Assembly (NCBI GenBank): GCA_016748015.1
Contig: JAAOMT010000708.1
Coordinates: 343,968-407,967 of the forward strand
DNA length: 64,000 nucleotides
Direction: 5' to 3'
From: Geosiphon pyriformis uo1
Lineage: Eukaryota; Fungi; Glomeromycota
Below the pieces are notes generated by a model. That model saw only the letters and a list, made by a program, of their open reading frames with translations. It had not been told where the DNA came from and did not search any database. Both the position numbers and the translations under genes were made by a program. Within the stretch, counting starts at the first letter, position 1, and the number at the start of each line of letters is the position of its first letter. Positions 11,401-22,890 of the stretch are shown piece by piece.

Positions 11401-14400
11401 CTGGAAATGGGAAGAGAATAAAATAAAAGAAAAAGAGAAAGAGAAAAAAAAAAATTCTATACCAACCCCTATTCACCCTACATATACATACACAACACCA
11501 CAATCAAGCTATCATTGTCCAAAACTCATATGTGTCAATTGTGACAAGAAATTGTTGTCAATGGGCGCATGTTATGGCGACAATGAGAAATACTCAACAG
11601 TAACCAAATTCTATTGCCACATGTGTGTCATAAAACACTTTGGATGTCCAAAACAAAAAGGGAAATGGGACAATAAATCATGCTTGGCTTGTGGTGAAAC
11701 TCTTCTGGATGAAAGAAAGTGAAACGACATTCCTGGGCAAAGAGGAACGTGTGACAAATTGTGTCAATACATGATTCTTATAAGTGACTGGGTAAGAAAA
11801 AAAATGTCCATAGACACTGCCTGAAGATGAGCTGTCAAATGTCTAGACAGATGTTCACACGATAATGATGAAATCTGGTAAATAGCACTTGCCAAAATCG
11901 AAGGAGCAATCCCAGAAGAAATAAAAACAATCAAAGACAACTCACCTGAACCCATAGAACTTGACTGAAATTCAGAACCAGTCATAAATCTACTAGATCC
12001 AAAACAATTTCATAAATACTACCAGAAATTAGCACCCACTAGAAAGGAATAAGAGCAATGGTTGGAAGAAATCAATACTTGACTATGTGACTATTGTTTA
12101 ATTCTCTGTGACTTCCAATATTGTAATGAGTGTGACCTTATTTACAATTCACCACCACGCATGATCTACACAATTCCAAAGGAAAAAGAACCAATCAGCA
12201 GCTGCACATTGGAATTGGAATCAGTTTCCAATCCTGATTTAAACTCCGACAACAATGATGACGAAAATAATGATTCCAGTTCTGTTCAAAATGGCAATAA
12301 CAATAACAACAATTCCAACTCAGATTCAAACTCCAATTCAAATTACGAACAATATATTGTGCTCTCTAATCTCACCAAAGAGCAGAAACTAAAATGTATT
12401 ATGCCAGAACACATGCATGATACCAATGCAGGGTTTGATCTAAAATATCCAAAAAAAGATTCCATCAAATTAGAACCATATTCGTGCACTTGTATTGATC
12501 TGAAAATAGCACTGGAAATTCTAACAACAACAATGGTTCAACTAGCATCCAAGAGTAGTTTAGTGAAAAAAAGAATTAACATTAGAGAAGAAATAATTGA
12601 TGCAGGATATGTAGGAAATATTATTGCTATGCTACAAAATGATTCAGAAAAGGCATATACCATAGATCCAAATGAAAAGATAACACAGGCAATATTCCTA
12701 CCTCTGGTGAAAATAGCTCAATTAGTGTCAGTAAGAAACAAGAAGGAATTAGGGATTACAGCTAGAGGGATATAGGGATTTAGATCAATGAGTAGAATAG
12801 ATATACCAGTCAATATAGCAAAGAAAGAAATTGTTGACAAAAGAGAAATTATCTCAACCCATCAAGCAATTTTCATTCCACCATATGACTAGTATATGTT
12901 AGCCATAAAAAAAGAAGTAAAGAATCAAGCTCAATTGTTTAAAGCAGAAGCCACCATTTGTGAATCAGAAGAGATTGGACTCACCAATCTCTATATCTCA
13001 GCCAACAGCCCCAAAAATATTAAAATTCCCATTCATAACACAACTAGAAACATCATTAAAATACCAAAGGAAACTATCATTGGATATTTAACCACTGAAG
13101 TTGAGGATCAACCACCAAACCACATTTCAGATTTTCCACAACTGTATAGATATGTGGACATCACATCACAAATCATCTACAGACAAAGTAAATGCTATCT
13201 GCTTCAACCAGAACAATTGGAACAGATAAACATGAAAAATTTAGACTCACTCCAACAGATGCAACTAAAGATGTTACTCAGCAACTTTAATGACATTTTT
13301 GCTAGTAAAAATAAATTTGGCCACACCAACATCATCCAGCATCAAATCAAAACTGGAGATGCAATGCCAATTAAACAAAGAGCATACAGAATACCACCAG
13401 CTAGCCATAAAATCATTCATCAAGAAATCAATCAGATGCTTAACAATAGGCTAATTCAGCCATCAATGAGTTCATGGTTGTCATTAGTGGTACTAGTCCA
13501 GAAGAAGAATGGAAAAATTTGCTTTTGTATAAATTACCAGAAATTAAATAGAGTAACCAAAAGAGACAGCTACCCAACTCTAAAGATTCAAGAACTATTC
13601 AACGCTTTTGGAGAAAACAAATGGTTCTCAACATTGGATCTAGATAGTGACTACTGGCAAGTAGCCATGGATCCAGCTGACAAAAAAAAGACCACATTTA
13701 CAACAAGAGAAAAGAATTTCAAATTTGAAGTCATGCCATTTGGCTTGATGAACATTCCAACAACATTCCAACAGCTCATGAAAATTGTATATACTGGATT
13801 ACTATGGAAATCAGTAGTCATATACTTAGACAACACCAATATATTCTCAAAAACATTTAATGATCATCTGCATCACCTCTAGCAGGTGTTTAAAAGACTA
13901 AGAAAAGCCAGATTGAAACTAAATGCAACAAAGTGTTTCTTTGGAAAAACTGAACTCAAGTTTTTGGAACATGTTGTAAGCAAAAATAGTATCAAAACAA
14001 ATCCAGATAAGATTGCAATAATAAAAAACTTTTTAGTACCAACAAACTTGCCAGAACTAAGGGCATTTTTGGGATTCGTAGACTATTATCACCACTTCAT
14101 CAAGAACTTTTCCAAACTAGCTCAGCCACTTCACCAGCTACAAACTAAGAATGTAAAATATGATGGACTAAAGCTTAACAAAAAGCATTCGACACATTGA
14201 GAAAAAAGCTTATTCAAGCTTCAGTATTAATGTATTCAAACCACAGCAAACCATTTATCATCACTACGGATGCATCAGGTCAAGCATTGGGAGCAGTACT
14301 ATCACAAAAAGGACCAGATGGAAGAAAAAATCCAGTAGCTTATGCCAGTAGAAGCTTAAGTCCAGCTGAAAAAAACTATGGAACTCCAGCACTGGAACAC

Positions 14401-14625
14401 TTAGCAATCTATTGGGCAGTTATAAAATGGAGAAAATACTTGAGCCAAAAGTTTGAAATATACACGGATTACAAGGAACTGACTTCAATTCAGAAACAAA
14501 AATTTGCAAACAATTGCCATGCCAGATGAAAAATAGAACTTTCACCATTTAACTATACAGTACATTATAAAAAAGGAAAAAATAATGGAAATGCTGACGG
14601 ATTGTCATGAATGAGACAAATCTAA
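8408..14625 (+). pseudogene. gag-pol polyprotein of E4: N-terminal domain, capsid, CCHC knuckle, aspartic protease, Cys-rich module, dUTPase, RT, RNase H
   Basis: Capsid-like 9380-9859; CHYCGRQEHLQFEC ~10118; LILNSGSAGS (D>N); RT 12896-13882; RNase H TDASGQALGAVL; ends RMRQI*. Confidence 0.88.
12400..12790 (+). pseudogene. dUTPase domain within E4 pol
   Basis: Trimeric dUTPase motifs AGFDL, S(R>K)SS, IDAGYVG, Q, RGI*GF(G>R)S. Confidence 0.88.
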
Positions 14626-14655
14626 AAACATTTCAACCCAAAAATATAATAAAAA

Positions 14656-16032
14656 ATAAATATACAAAAATACCAACAATTACAACATTATATAAAGACT
14701 CAATTGTTCAAGGAGAAATTATCTCAAAAAGAACAAAGAAACATAAAACAACAATCCAAATATTTTATCAATCATCAAAATATACTTTACCAGAAAAACA
14801 AAAAAAATTCAGATCAACCAACCAGAGTAATTACAGAACCAGAGAAAGAGACAATATTATTTAATATGCATTCAGATCCAACAACAGGGCATTTTTACAA
14901 AAAAGCAATTATGGAAAGAACCAGAAAAAGATACTATTGGCCAGCAATATATCCAAATATTATCCAATATGTGCAAAATTGTGATGCTTGTCAGAGAAGA
15001 AAAAAAGCAAGACCAAGTGAACCATTAAGACCAATCAAAGTGGGACAACCATTCGATTGCATTGAAATTGACTTAGTCAGACCATTAACAATTACCAGCA
15101 GAGGCAACAGATATATCACAATAGCCATAGACTATCTCACCAAATGGCCAGAAGCAAAAGCCATTCAAAGAGCAGATGCAGAATCCATTGCCGAATTCAT
15201 TCATCAAGATTTGATTTGTTGATATAGATGTCTAAAAGAACTATTATCAGATCAAGAAACTCACTTTGTAAACAGAACACTGGCAGAATTAAGTCAAAGA
15301 TTTGGAATTAAAAGACCATTATTATCACCATATCATCCACAAACCAATAGACTAGTTGAAAGATTCAATAAAACATTGTGTGAAGCAATTGCCAAAATCA
15401 GTCAAAAAAACCAAGACAAATGGGATTTGTTCATACCATTAGTATTATTTGCTTATCAGACAATGAAGCAAGATACTACACAAGCAACACCATTTGAACT
15501 AGTATATGATAGAACAGCAACATTACCAGTTGAGATAAAAGTCAATACATATCCAACTGAACCAATAACAGAAGATAATTTTCAAGAAACATTGTTGAGA
15601 AAAACATATGACTTAATGGAAACACTAGAAGACAGACAACAAAAAGCAGCTAACAACATACAAAAGTCACAAGAGAAACAAAAAGAGAGACATAATAACC
15701 AACTACCAAACAAACCAGTTAAATTCAAGATTGGAGACAAAGTACTTTTACATTGTACTAAAGCAGAAAAACAATGGAGTGGAAAATTTGACCCCAAATG
15801 GGACAGACCATTTCACATTGAAGAAATTTTTGGAAATGGAGCTTACAAATTAAGATGAAACAACAAAATTTTAGCCAAAGCAGCACATGGTAATTGATTG
15901 AAACAATATTACCAGATAGTATCATCATCTACCAATAACATTCCACAACTAGGAGTACAAAGAATACTAGTTCAACCAGATGAGATTCCACGAAATCTGG
16001 AACCAATCATAGTTATTGAACCAAACACATAA
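14656..16032 (+). pseudogene. Stand-alone integrase ORF (E4; start codon mutated ATG>ATA)
   Basis: ORF fragments 14704..15222 and 15376..15858, HHCC and core motifs, LEPIIVIE tail. Confidence 0.82.
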
Positions 16033-16091
16033 AATCAAACAATCAGAAAGTATATAAAGACACAGTATACATGACAAAAGCAATCAAGAAA

Positions 16092-16727
16092 ATGGAAATA
16101 CCAGATTATATTCACACTATAGCTCAACAACTGTTTCAGGCCTTAAGTTAACAACAGTTAGACATGGAAATTATCATTAACAACCAAACAATTTGCTATT
16201 GAAACACTAAAAAAAAGACAAAGAACACACCATATTAGCGGGTACCAAAAAATGATAAAAACTGGTCAGATAACATAATAGAAAAAGTAAAGAACATATT
16301 TGGGAAAATACTTATTATAGCACCAACAGAAGAACTTACAAAAAAGAATTAGAAGCAATGGACAGAACAACTTCCAATATCATACTGTTACTACCAGTTA
16401 GGTCGAAAGTTGAATATTCAGGAGTTGTATATCAACAAATTCAAGAGAATATTTAACCAAGACATAATACAACAAATTGAAGAATTTATTGGAAAGAAAA
16501 CAAATTCAACACTACATGTTAGAACAATATACTGACTACACAACATATTTTGAAACTATTCAGAAATACTGTTACACTCTGACATGGAAATCATAACCAT
16601 TAACCAATGGAGAAGAATAAACAATACACAAGTAAAAAACATGAGAAACAGAGTCAAACAAACAATACTTGAAAAAAAAGTATTAGAATTAATTCAAAAC
16701 AAAGATTTTGACAGAGCTCAATATTAA
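16092..16727 (+). pseudogene. ORF3 of E4
   Basis: MEIPDYIHTIAQQLFQAL...TPY...YCYYQLGRKLNIQELY...RTIY*LHNIF; TATATAAA 41 nt upstream. Confidence 0.75.
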
Positions 16728-16741
16728 AAAGGAGGAGATAA

Positions 16742-17563
16742 TATTACTCATAGAAAAAGAAAACAAATATAGAAAAATAGAAGACCAATAGGAGAATAGT
16801 AGTTAGCACGTGAGCACATTGCTCAGCAATGTGGAGCAATGTCAGAAATCACAGCATATCACTCAACAATGTGGAGCAATGTTAAGAAAATACAGCACAT
16901 TGCTTGAGAAATTATAGCACATTGCTTGGGAATATGAGCAATTTTATAAAACCCAAATTATGTATATATAGTGGTAGCATTAGAAGTAAAAAAGACAGAC
17001 CTCTTAGTTTAGATTTGATCTAAGCAACCTTTTATTTACAAATATCAATAAATAATTATTTATCATCTTAATCTACTTTCTACTATCAACATGAAATGTT
17101 GATAGTAAGTGATACTTAACCACACGAGAACAATAGCTCTTGATTACAGCTATTGATGGGATACTAACTTACAATTGCTTTTATTTATTTCTTTATTTTT
17201 TTCTTTTATTTTCTTTGTTTTGTCATTTTGTTGGTTTTACTAAACTGATTAAAAATTAAGTGCTGAGTTATTAACGTCAAGGATAGTCTGGTAAAAGACT
17301 CCAAAGGAAGGGTATAGAAATTGAGAATTTAAGGATAGCTTACTAGAAGGACATTTCTGTCAAGATTACCAGCCACCATGCTGAGAAAGAAATTTGATAG
17401 AATTGCTATTCTGGGAGGCTATGGAAAAGACAACACTTGAATCTCTGTTCATTATACAAAGGACTCTACAAAAAATTTTCAGATATCAACACCAAAATAC
17501 CAACCCAGCACCAAGTTACAGATTTGTTATTTGACTTGAGACCCCCAATAATCATCTGTAACA
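16742..17563 (+). repeat. 3' LTR of E4
   Basis: Follows PPT AAAAGGAGGAGA; repeat of 7522-8344. Confidence 0.95.
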
Positions 17564-18292
17564 CCAGATTAAAACTCAACTCCAATAAATGCTTCTTTGA
17601 AAAAACTGAGTTAAAGTTTTTAGGACATATAATTGGCAAAGATGAAGTTAAACCCAATCCAGATAAGATCTGAAAAGTCAAGGATTTTCCAGCTCCAATC
17701 AACCTCAGAGAATTATGAGAATTTCTAGGATTGACAGGCTATTATTATCAATTTGTCAAAGGTTTCTTGAACATTGCAAAACCACTCCATCATTTGTTGT
17801 CCAAATATGTACCATACTTGTGGAAGGAAGATCAACAGAAAGTATTTGACTATCTTAAGCAGTGTTTGATCACATCTCCCATTCTGATTTACTCAGATTT
17901 TACTAAATAGTTTATTGTCGCTACAAACATCTTGAAAAATGCTCTAGAAGCAGTATTATCTCAGATAGGACCAGACAATAGAGAACATCCAGTTGTCTAC
18001 ACCAGTCGTAGCATGAGCCCAGCAGAAAAAAATTATAGCACAACAGATTTGGAATGCCTCACCATTTATTGGGCCATACAGACTTGAAAACATTACCTTA
18101 GTCAACCATTTGACTTATATACTGATCATAAAGGACTTATTTGGTTACTCAATAATCCACAATTAAAAGGAAAATATGTGAGATGGAGTACTTATCTGTA
18201 ACAATTTCCACTCAAAGTCTATTACAAGAAAGAATCCAAGAACACCAATGCCAACAGTTTGTCGAGGATGTCACAAACCTAATTTCAAACCC

Positions 18293-19660
18293 ATGAACAC
18301 ACTCACTTATCAATGACTACATTAGTACTTATTGACACTACGTTTCAAGGAGATACTATCTTAACAAAAATAAAGTATCATATGAAAACAAGCCCAAAAT
18401 TATTTTATTCAAGACAACCAACTATATCAATGAGAACGTTGAAACTGCTCCACCTCACAATGAGTTATAAAGAACAGTGAAAAGAAAACTATATTACATA
18501 ATATGCATTTTGATCTAACCACAAAACACTTTAACAAGGATGCTACCCTCAAAAGAACACTAAATTTATATTATTGGCCAACAATATACAAAAACATTTT
18601 CGAATACATGCTCAATTGTAACACATGTTAGTGAAAAGGAGGAGCAAGATCAAGAGAACCACTTCAACCCAATCCAGTTGGAAATTCATTTGATAGAATT
18701 GGGATCAATTTGGTTGGACCTCTCTCAATTACATCCCAAAGAAATCACTATATTACTGTAGCTGTAGACTATCTTACAAAATGGCCAGAAGCCAGAGCAA
18801 TCCAAGTGGCCAATGCCAAAACAGTAGCCAAATTTGTGCATCAAGACTTAATTTGCCAACATGGATGCCTGAAAGAATTATTATCTGATTAGGGAACACA
18901 TTTTGTTAATAATATGCTAACTGAACTAAGCTAATAGTTTGGAATAAAACAACCCTTATTGTCACCATACCACCCACAAATGAACAGACTGGTAGAACAA
19001 TTTAACTGAACACTGTGTGAAGCACTAGCAAAAATAAGTCATAAAAACAAACAAGAATGGAACTTATTCATACCTTCTGTACTCTTTGCATACCAAACAT
19101 TGAAACAAAATACAACTCAGTTCACATCCTTCAAACTAGTCTATGGAAGAAAAGCTACATTATTGATTGAACAAGTGATACTATCATACCCAACAAAAAC
19201 AATCAATGAAAAAAATTTTGAAGCTACCTTATCCTGAAGAACGTACCAGCTAATGAAAACGTTGAAAGGCAATCAAAAAACAGCAGCTGACAATATTAGT
19301 CACACTCAAGAATGACAAAAAGAAAGACATAATAACTGTCTACCAGAACAACCAATGGAATTCAAGATTGGAGACCAGATACTGTTACATCATACAAAAG
19401 TGGAGAAACAGTGGAGTAGAAAGTTTGACCCAAAGTGGGACAGTCTATTCCACATATACAAAGCATTAGGAAATGGAGCTTACAAATTACAATTGGAAAA
19501 CAGGATTTTAAAGAAAATAGCACATGGAAATTGGTTAAAAATTTATCATGCAAAACAAGAATTATCGTCATCAGTACTTCAACTAGGAACACAAATTTCA
19601 TTAATCAGACTAGAAGATATATCACAAGATCTGGAACCAATTATTGTCATCAAAACATAG
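18293..19660 (+). pseudogene. Stand-alone integrase ORF (E3)
   Basis: ATG (MNTLTYQ) 10 nt after the RNase H stop; VDYLTKWPEA; LEPIIVIKT*. Confidence 0.82.
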
Positions 19661-19740
19661 ACAACATACAGCAAATTAAAGTGGGGAATTTAAATATATA
19701 TAGCATCCAAAAAGCAGCAAGAAACAATAGAAATTTCAAC

Positions 19741-20478
19741 ATAGATCTTTTAGATCAAATTTTAAAATTATCTAAACAATTATTTGAAACAATTCAAAAA
19801 TTGACATCTCAAATAGAAATTATAATTGATAGAAAAAAAATAAGATATAGAGATAAGGAGAAAAAAGGGATGGGCAAAAGTTCAACTAGAATTAACCATT
19901 CCCATTCCTACACCCTGCCCAAAAAAAGAATTTTACAAAAAAGAATTAATTTGTCTCGGGCGGGACTTGAAGAAAGTGTGGAGGAATGAGAATTATTTTA
20001 TAAAAGAAGATACTTGGTCCCCAAGCTAGAAGAAATAAAAGAAGTTTTAGCTTGTGGGACCAAACTCCCCAAAACAGGGGAGTGGACACCTGACAATGCC
20101 CAGGAATAGAAAAAAAGACTTCCTCCAGCATATTAGTTCTACAAAATTGGTGAACAACTAAATTTGAAAACACTATATGGAAACCTCAGCCAGAAAACTT
20201 TCAACAAAGAAGCAATGCAACAAGTAGAAAAATTTGTAGGAAGAAGCAACCTGACCCTATACTACAAAGCAGCATACTGATTATATGCTGCTTTCCAACA
20301 TTGTCCAAATGTATTGTTGTATGGATCTATAAAAATGATAACAGTTAACAACATAGAACAAATTACTAATCGACAGTTTGAAGACTTACAAAAAACAATA
20401 CTTGATGCAACCATTGAATATTACATAAACAAAGACATAGAAACAGATACATACAATTTCATAGGAGCTTAATACTAA
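19741..20478 (+). pseudogene. ORF3 of E3
   Basis: (M)DLLDQILKLSKQLFETI...FYKIGEQLNLKTLY...KAAY*LYAAF...QITNRQFEDL. Confidence 0.72.
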
Positions 20479-20492
20479 AAGAAGAGGGATAA

Positions 20493-21557
20493 TATTACCT
20501 GAGTAGAAAAACCGATCTGAAGTTAAAAAAAACATGACCAGAATGTGACATAATACAGAATAGCATACAATAATGTTGGATAATGCATTATAACTTAGGA
20601 TAACACAGGATAATGCATTATAATATAGAATAACACAGAATAACATGTAATAACACCAGATAATGTGTTATAATAGAGGACAACACAAAATAACATGTAA
20701 TAACACCAGTGTTATAACATAGGATAACTGGGAATAATGTAGAAAAACAAAGTAATAACAGAAATAAAAAAAGCAATAGTTAGCAATAACAAAACAATCA
20801 GAAGCAATCCTGTAAAACCAAAAGAATGTATAAAAGTAAGTAGTTGTAGAAGAAAAAAAACAGACAGATAGATATGAACTACTAGACAAGAAACAAATAT
20901 CCATCACTCCTCCTCATTTATTATATTTTCATATTCATCTTCTAAAATAAATCAATTATTAAAAAAATCAGAATCACGAATTCATGTTTTCAAACTGGGT
21001 GAGATTTATGTGAATTAACTATTGTTTCATATTTTTGTTTTAGGACAAATGCTCTTAATATAACCATCTTGGACTATTAATAATTTGGATTAATTGCTCT
21101 TGATCATGATGATTGATGATACTAATTTATCTTTTTCTTTTTTTTCTTTTTCTTTCTTTCTTATTTTCTTTTGTGGAGTGACAACATAGTAAAATTGGCT
21201 GTTTGGAAATAGACTTTGTGATAGCTTGGTAAAAGAGGAAAGCTCCTTCTAGGTTTTGGATATTAACGTTATTTTGTTAGCTTACCAGAAAGGCAAAAAA
21301 ACACCACCAGACCCTAATAACTGTGCTTGTTAGCTTGGAGAAGAAAGCTCACATTTACAGAAGATATTGCAATCAACAAAAAATGAACTCTGTGTCTTAT
21401 AATCAAAAAACTTAACAGGTAAATTCACATCCAAAAATAGATCTTCAAAGACTGATAATTGAGACTAAGCTAACAGAATTATGTGGAAGATACATTACCA
21501 ATAATTGAGAGCACTAAATGCTACCATTTCTATTACTCACCAAATTTACTTGTAATA
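20493..21557 (+). repeat. 3' LTR of E3 (family C, ATAAC 10-mer U3 array)
   Basis: Follows PPT AAAAGAAGAGGGA; TATTAC...TGTAATA ends; host E5 pol resumes at 21558. Confidence 0.85.
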
Positions 21558-21953
21558 ATGTATATAGCTCAAAATACTACTCAACAATTTTACTGATATC
21601 TTTGCCAATAAAAATAAATTTGGCAAAACTAATATTATTTAGCATTAAATCAAAACTGAAGATATAATGCCAATCAAACAAAAAATATACAAAGTACTAC
21701 CTGCCAGTCATAAAATTATTTAACAAGAAATCAATTAAATGTTAGACAATGGGTTAATTCAATTATCAATGAGTTCATAATTATTACCAGTAGTATTTAT
21801 TCAGAAAAAGAATAAAAAAATCTGTTTTTGTGTAAATTACAGAAAACTTAACAGTATTACTTGTAAAAACAACTATTCAACTTCATAGATTCAGAAATTA
21901 TTCAATGTTTTTAAAGAGAAAAAATAGTTTTTAATATTAAACTTAGATAATGA

Positions 21954-22890
21954 TATTACTTATAGAATATAGGAATTAAATATTAGTACATAAATTAGCT
22001 AATCAGAATAAATATAGTAAAAGTGGAATTCCAAGATTCCTCTTAGAGGAATTGCAGGATTCCAGAAATTTCAGGATTCTTGTATGAGAAATTGCAGGAT
22101 TCCAGAATTCTAGAATTTCTCTTAAAAGAATTGCAAAATTCCAGAATTCTAGAATTCCTCTTAAAGGAATTGCAAAATTCCAGAAATTCCAGGATTCCTG
22201 GTATAAAAAATTGAAAAATTGAGGAATTTTAATTATGTATATATAGCAGTAATATCAGAAGCTAGAAAATTAGTCAAGTAGACTCCCAAAGTCAATTAGA
22301 TTCAAAATTAAGAAGACTGAGAGTCAGTAGAACTTTTAGAGTCAATTAAACTCACAGGTCATAATTATTAAATACTCTTCTTTCAAAAAATAAAATACTA
22401 TAACTTGAAGTAAAATTACTCCCATATTAATAAAATTATCCATTATCCTTAAATCCATGTTATTATCCACTACTTAACCTGCTGGCACAATAGCTCTTGA
22501 TCATGGCTATTAACAGGACACTATTTCTTATTTTATTTTTTTTATTTTATTTTATTTTATTTTTTTTTGTTGTTTACTAAATTAATTAAAAGAGAAAAAG
22601 CACTAAATTATTGACGTCAAGGATTGTTTGGTAAAAAACCCCTGCAAATGGGTAGAGTATGTAAAGGAATTACAGATTACTTATCAGAGAAGTACTGGTC
22701 ATCAAGCTGAAAAAAGAAATTGACAGAATTACAATTCTGGAAAGCTATGGATAAACAACTATTGAATCTCTGTCTATTATACAAAAGACTCAACCAAAAT
22801 CTTCAGAAACCAACACCCATCATTTATCAATTGAGCACCAAGTTATGGATTTGTTATTTAATTTGAGACCCCAAATAATCACCTGTAATA
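21954..22890 (+). mobile_element. Solo LTR S1 (family B) inside RT of E5
   Basis: Similar to 6570-7439; host L-D-S|G-Y continuous; flanks ATGA/GTGG. Confidence 0.88.

Larger units (their letters stand above)
7522..17563 (+). mobile_element. Full-length Ty3/Gypsy element E4 (~10 kb, degenerate)
   Basis: Two near-identical LTRs (823/822 bp), PBS, gag-PR-Cys-rich-dUTPase-RT-RH, integrase, ORF3, PPT; 4-bp flanks CTGG/CCAG. Confidence 0.95.
7440..21557 (+). mobile_element. Ty3/Gypsy element E3 (LTR family C), 3' part, interrupted by E4 (own sequence 7440-7521 and 17564-21557)
   Basis: RT reading D-TNVFS...S(A)G|LKLNSNKCFF is continuous across E4; RNase H, integrase 18293-19660, ORF3, LTR 20493-21557. 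Confidence 0.88.

Noticed and set aside
15860-16032. Chromodomain at the integrase C-terminus
   Set aside because: Tail after the GPF region is short (ends LEPIIVIE) with no chromodomain aromatic pattern
19435-19989. 184-aa ORF as an independent gene
   Set aside because: Chance fusion of an off-frame integrase tail with the start of the decayed ORF3
20550-20745. CRISPR-like or satellite array
   Set aside because: 10-bp degenerate tandem units without unique spacers, inside an LTR U3, in eukaryotic context
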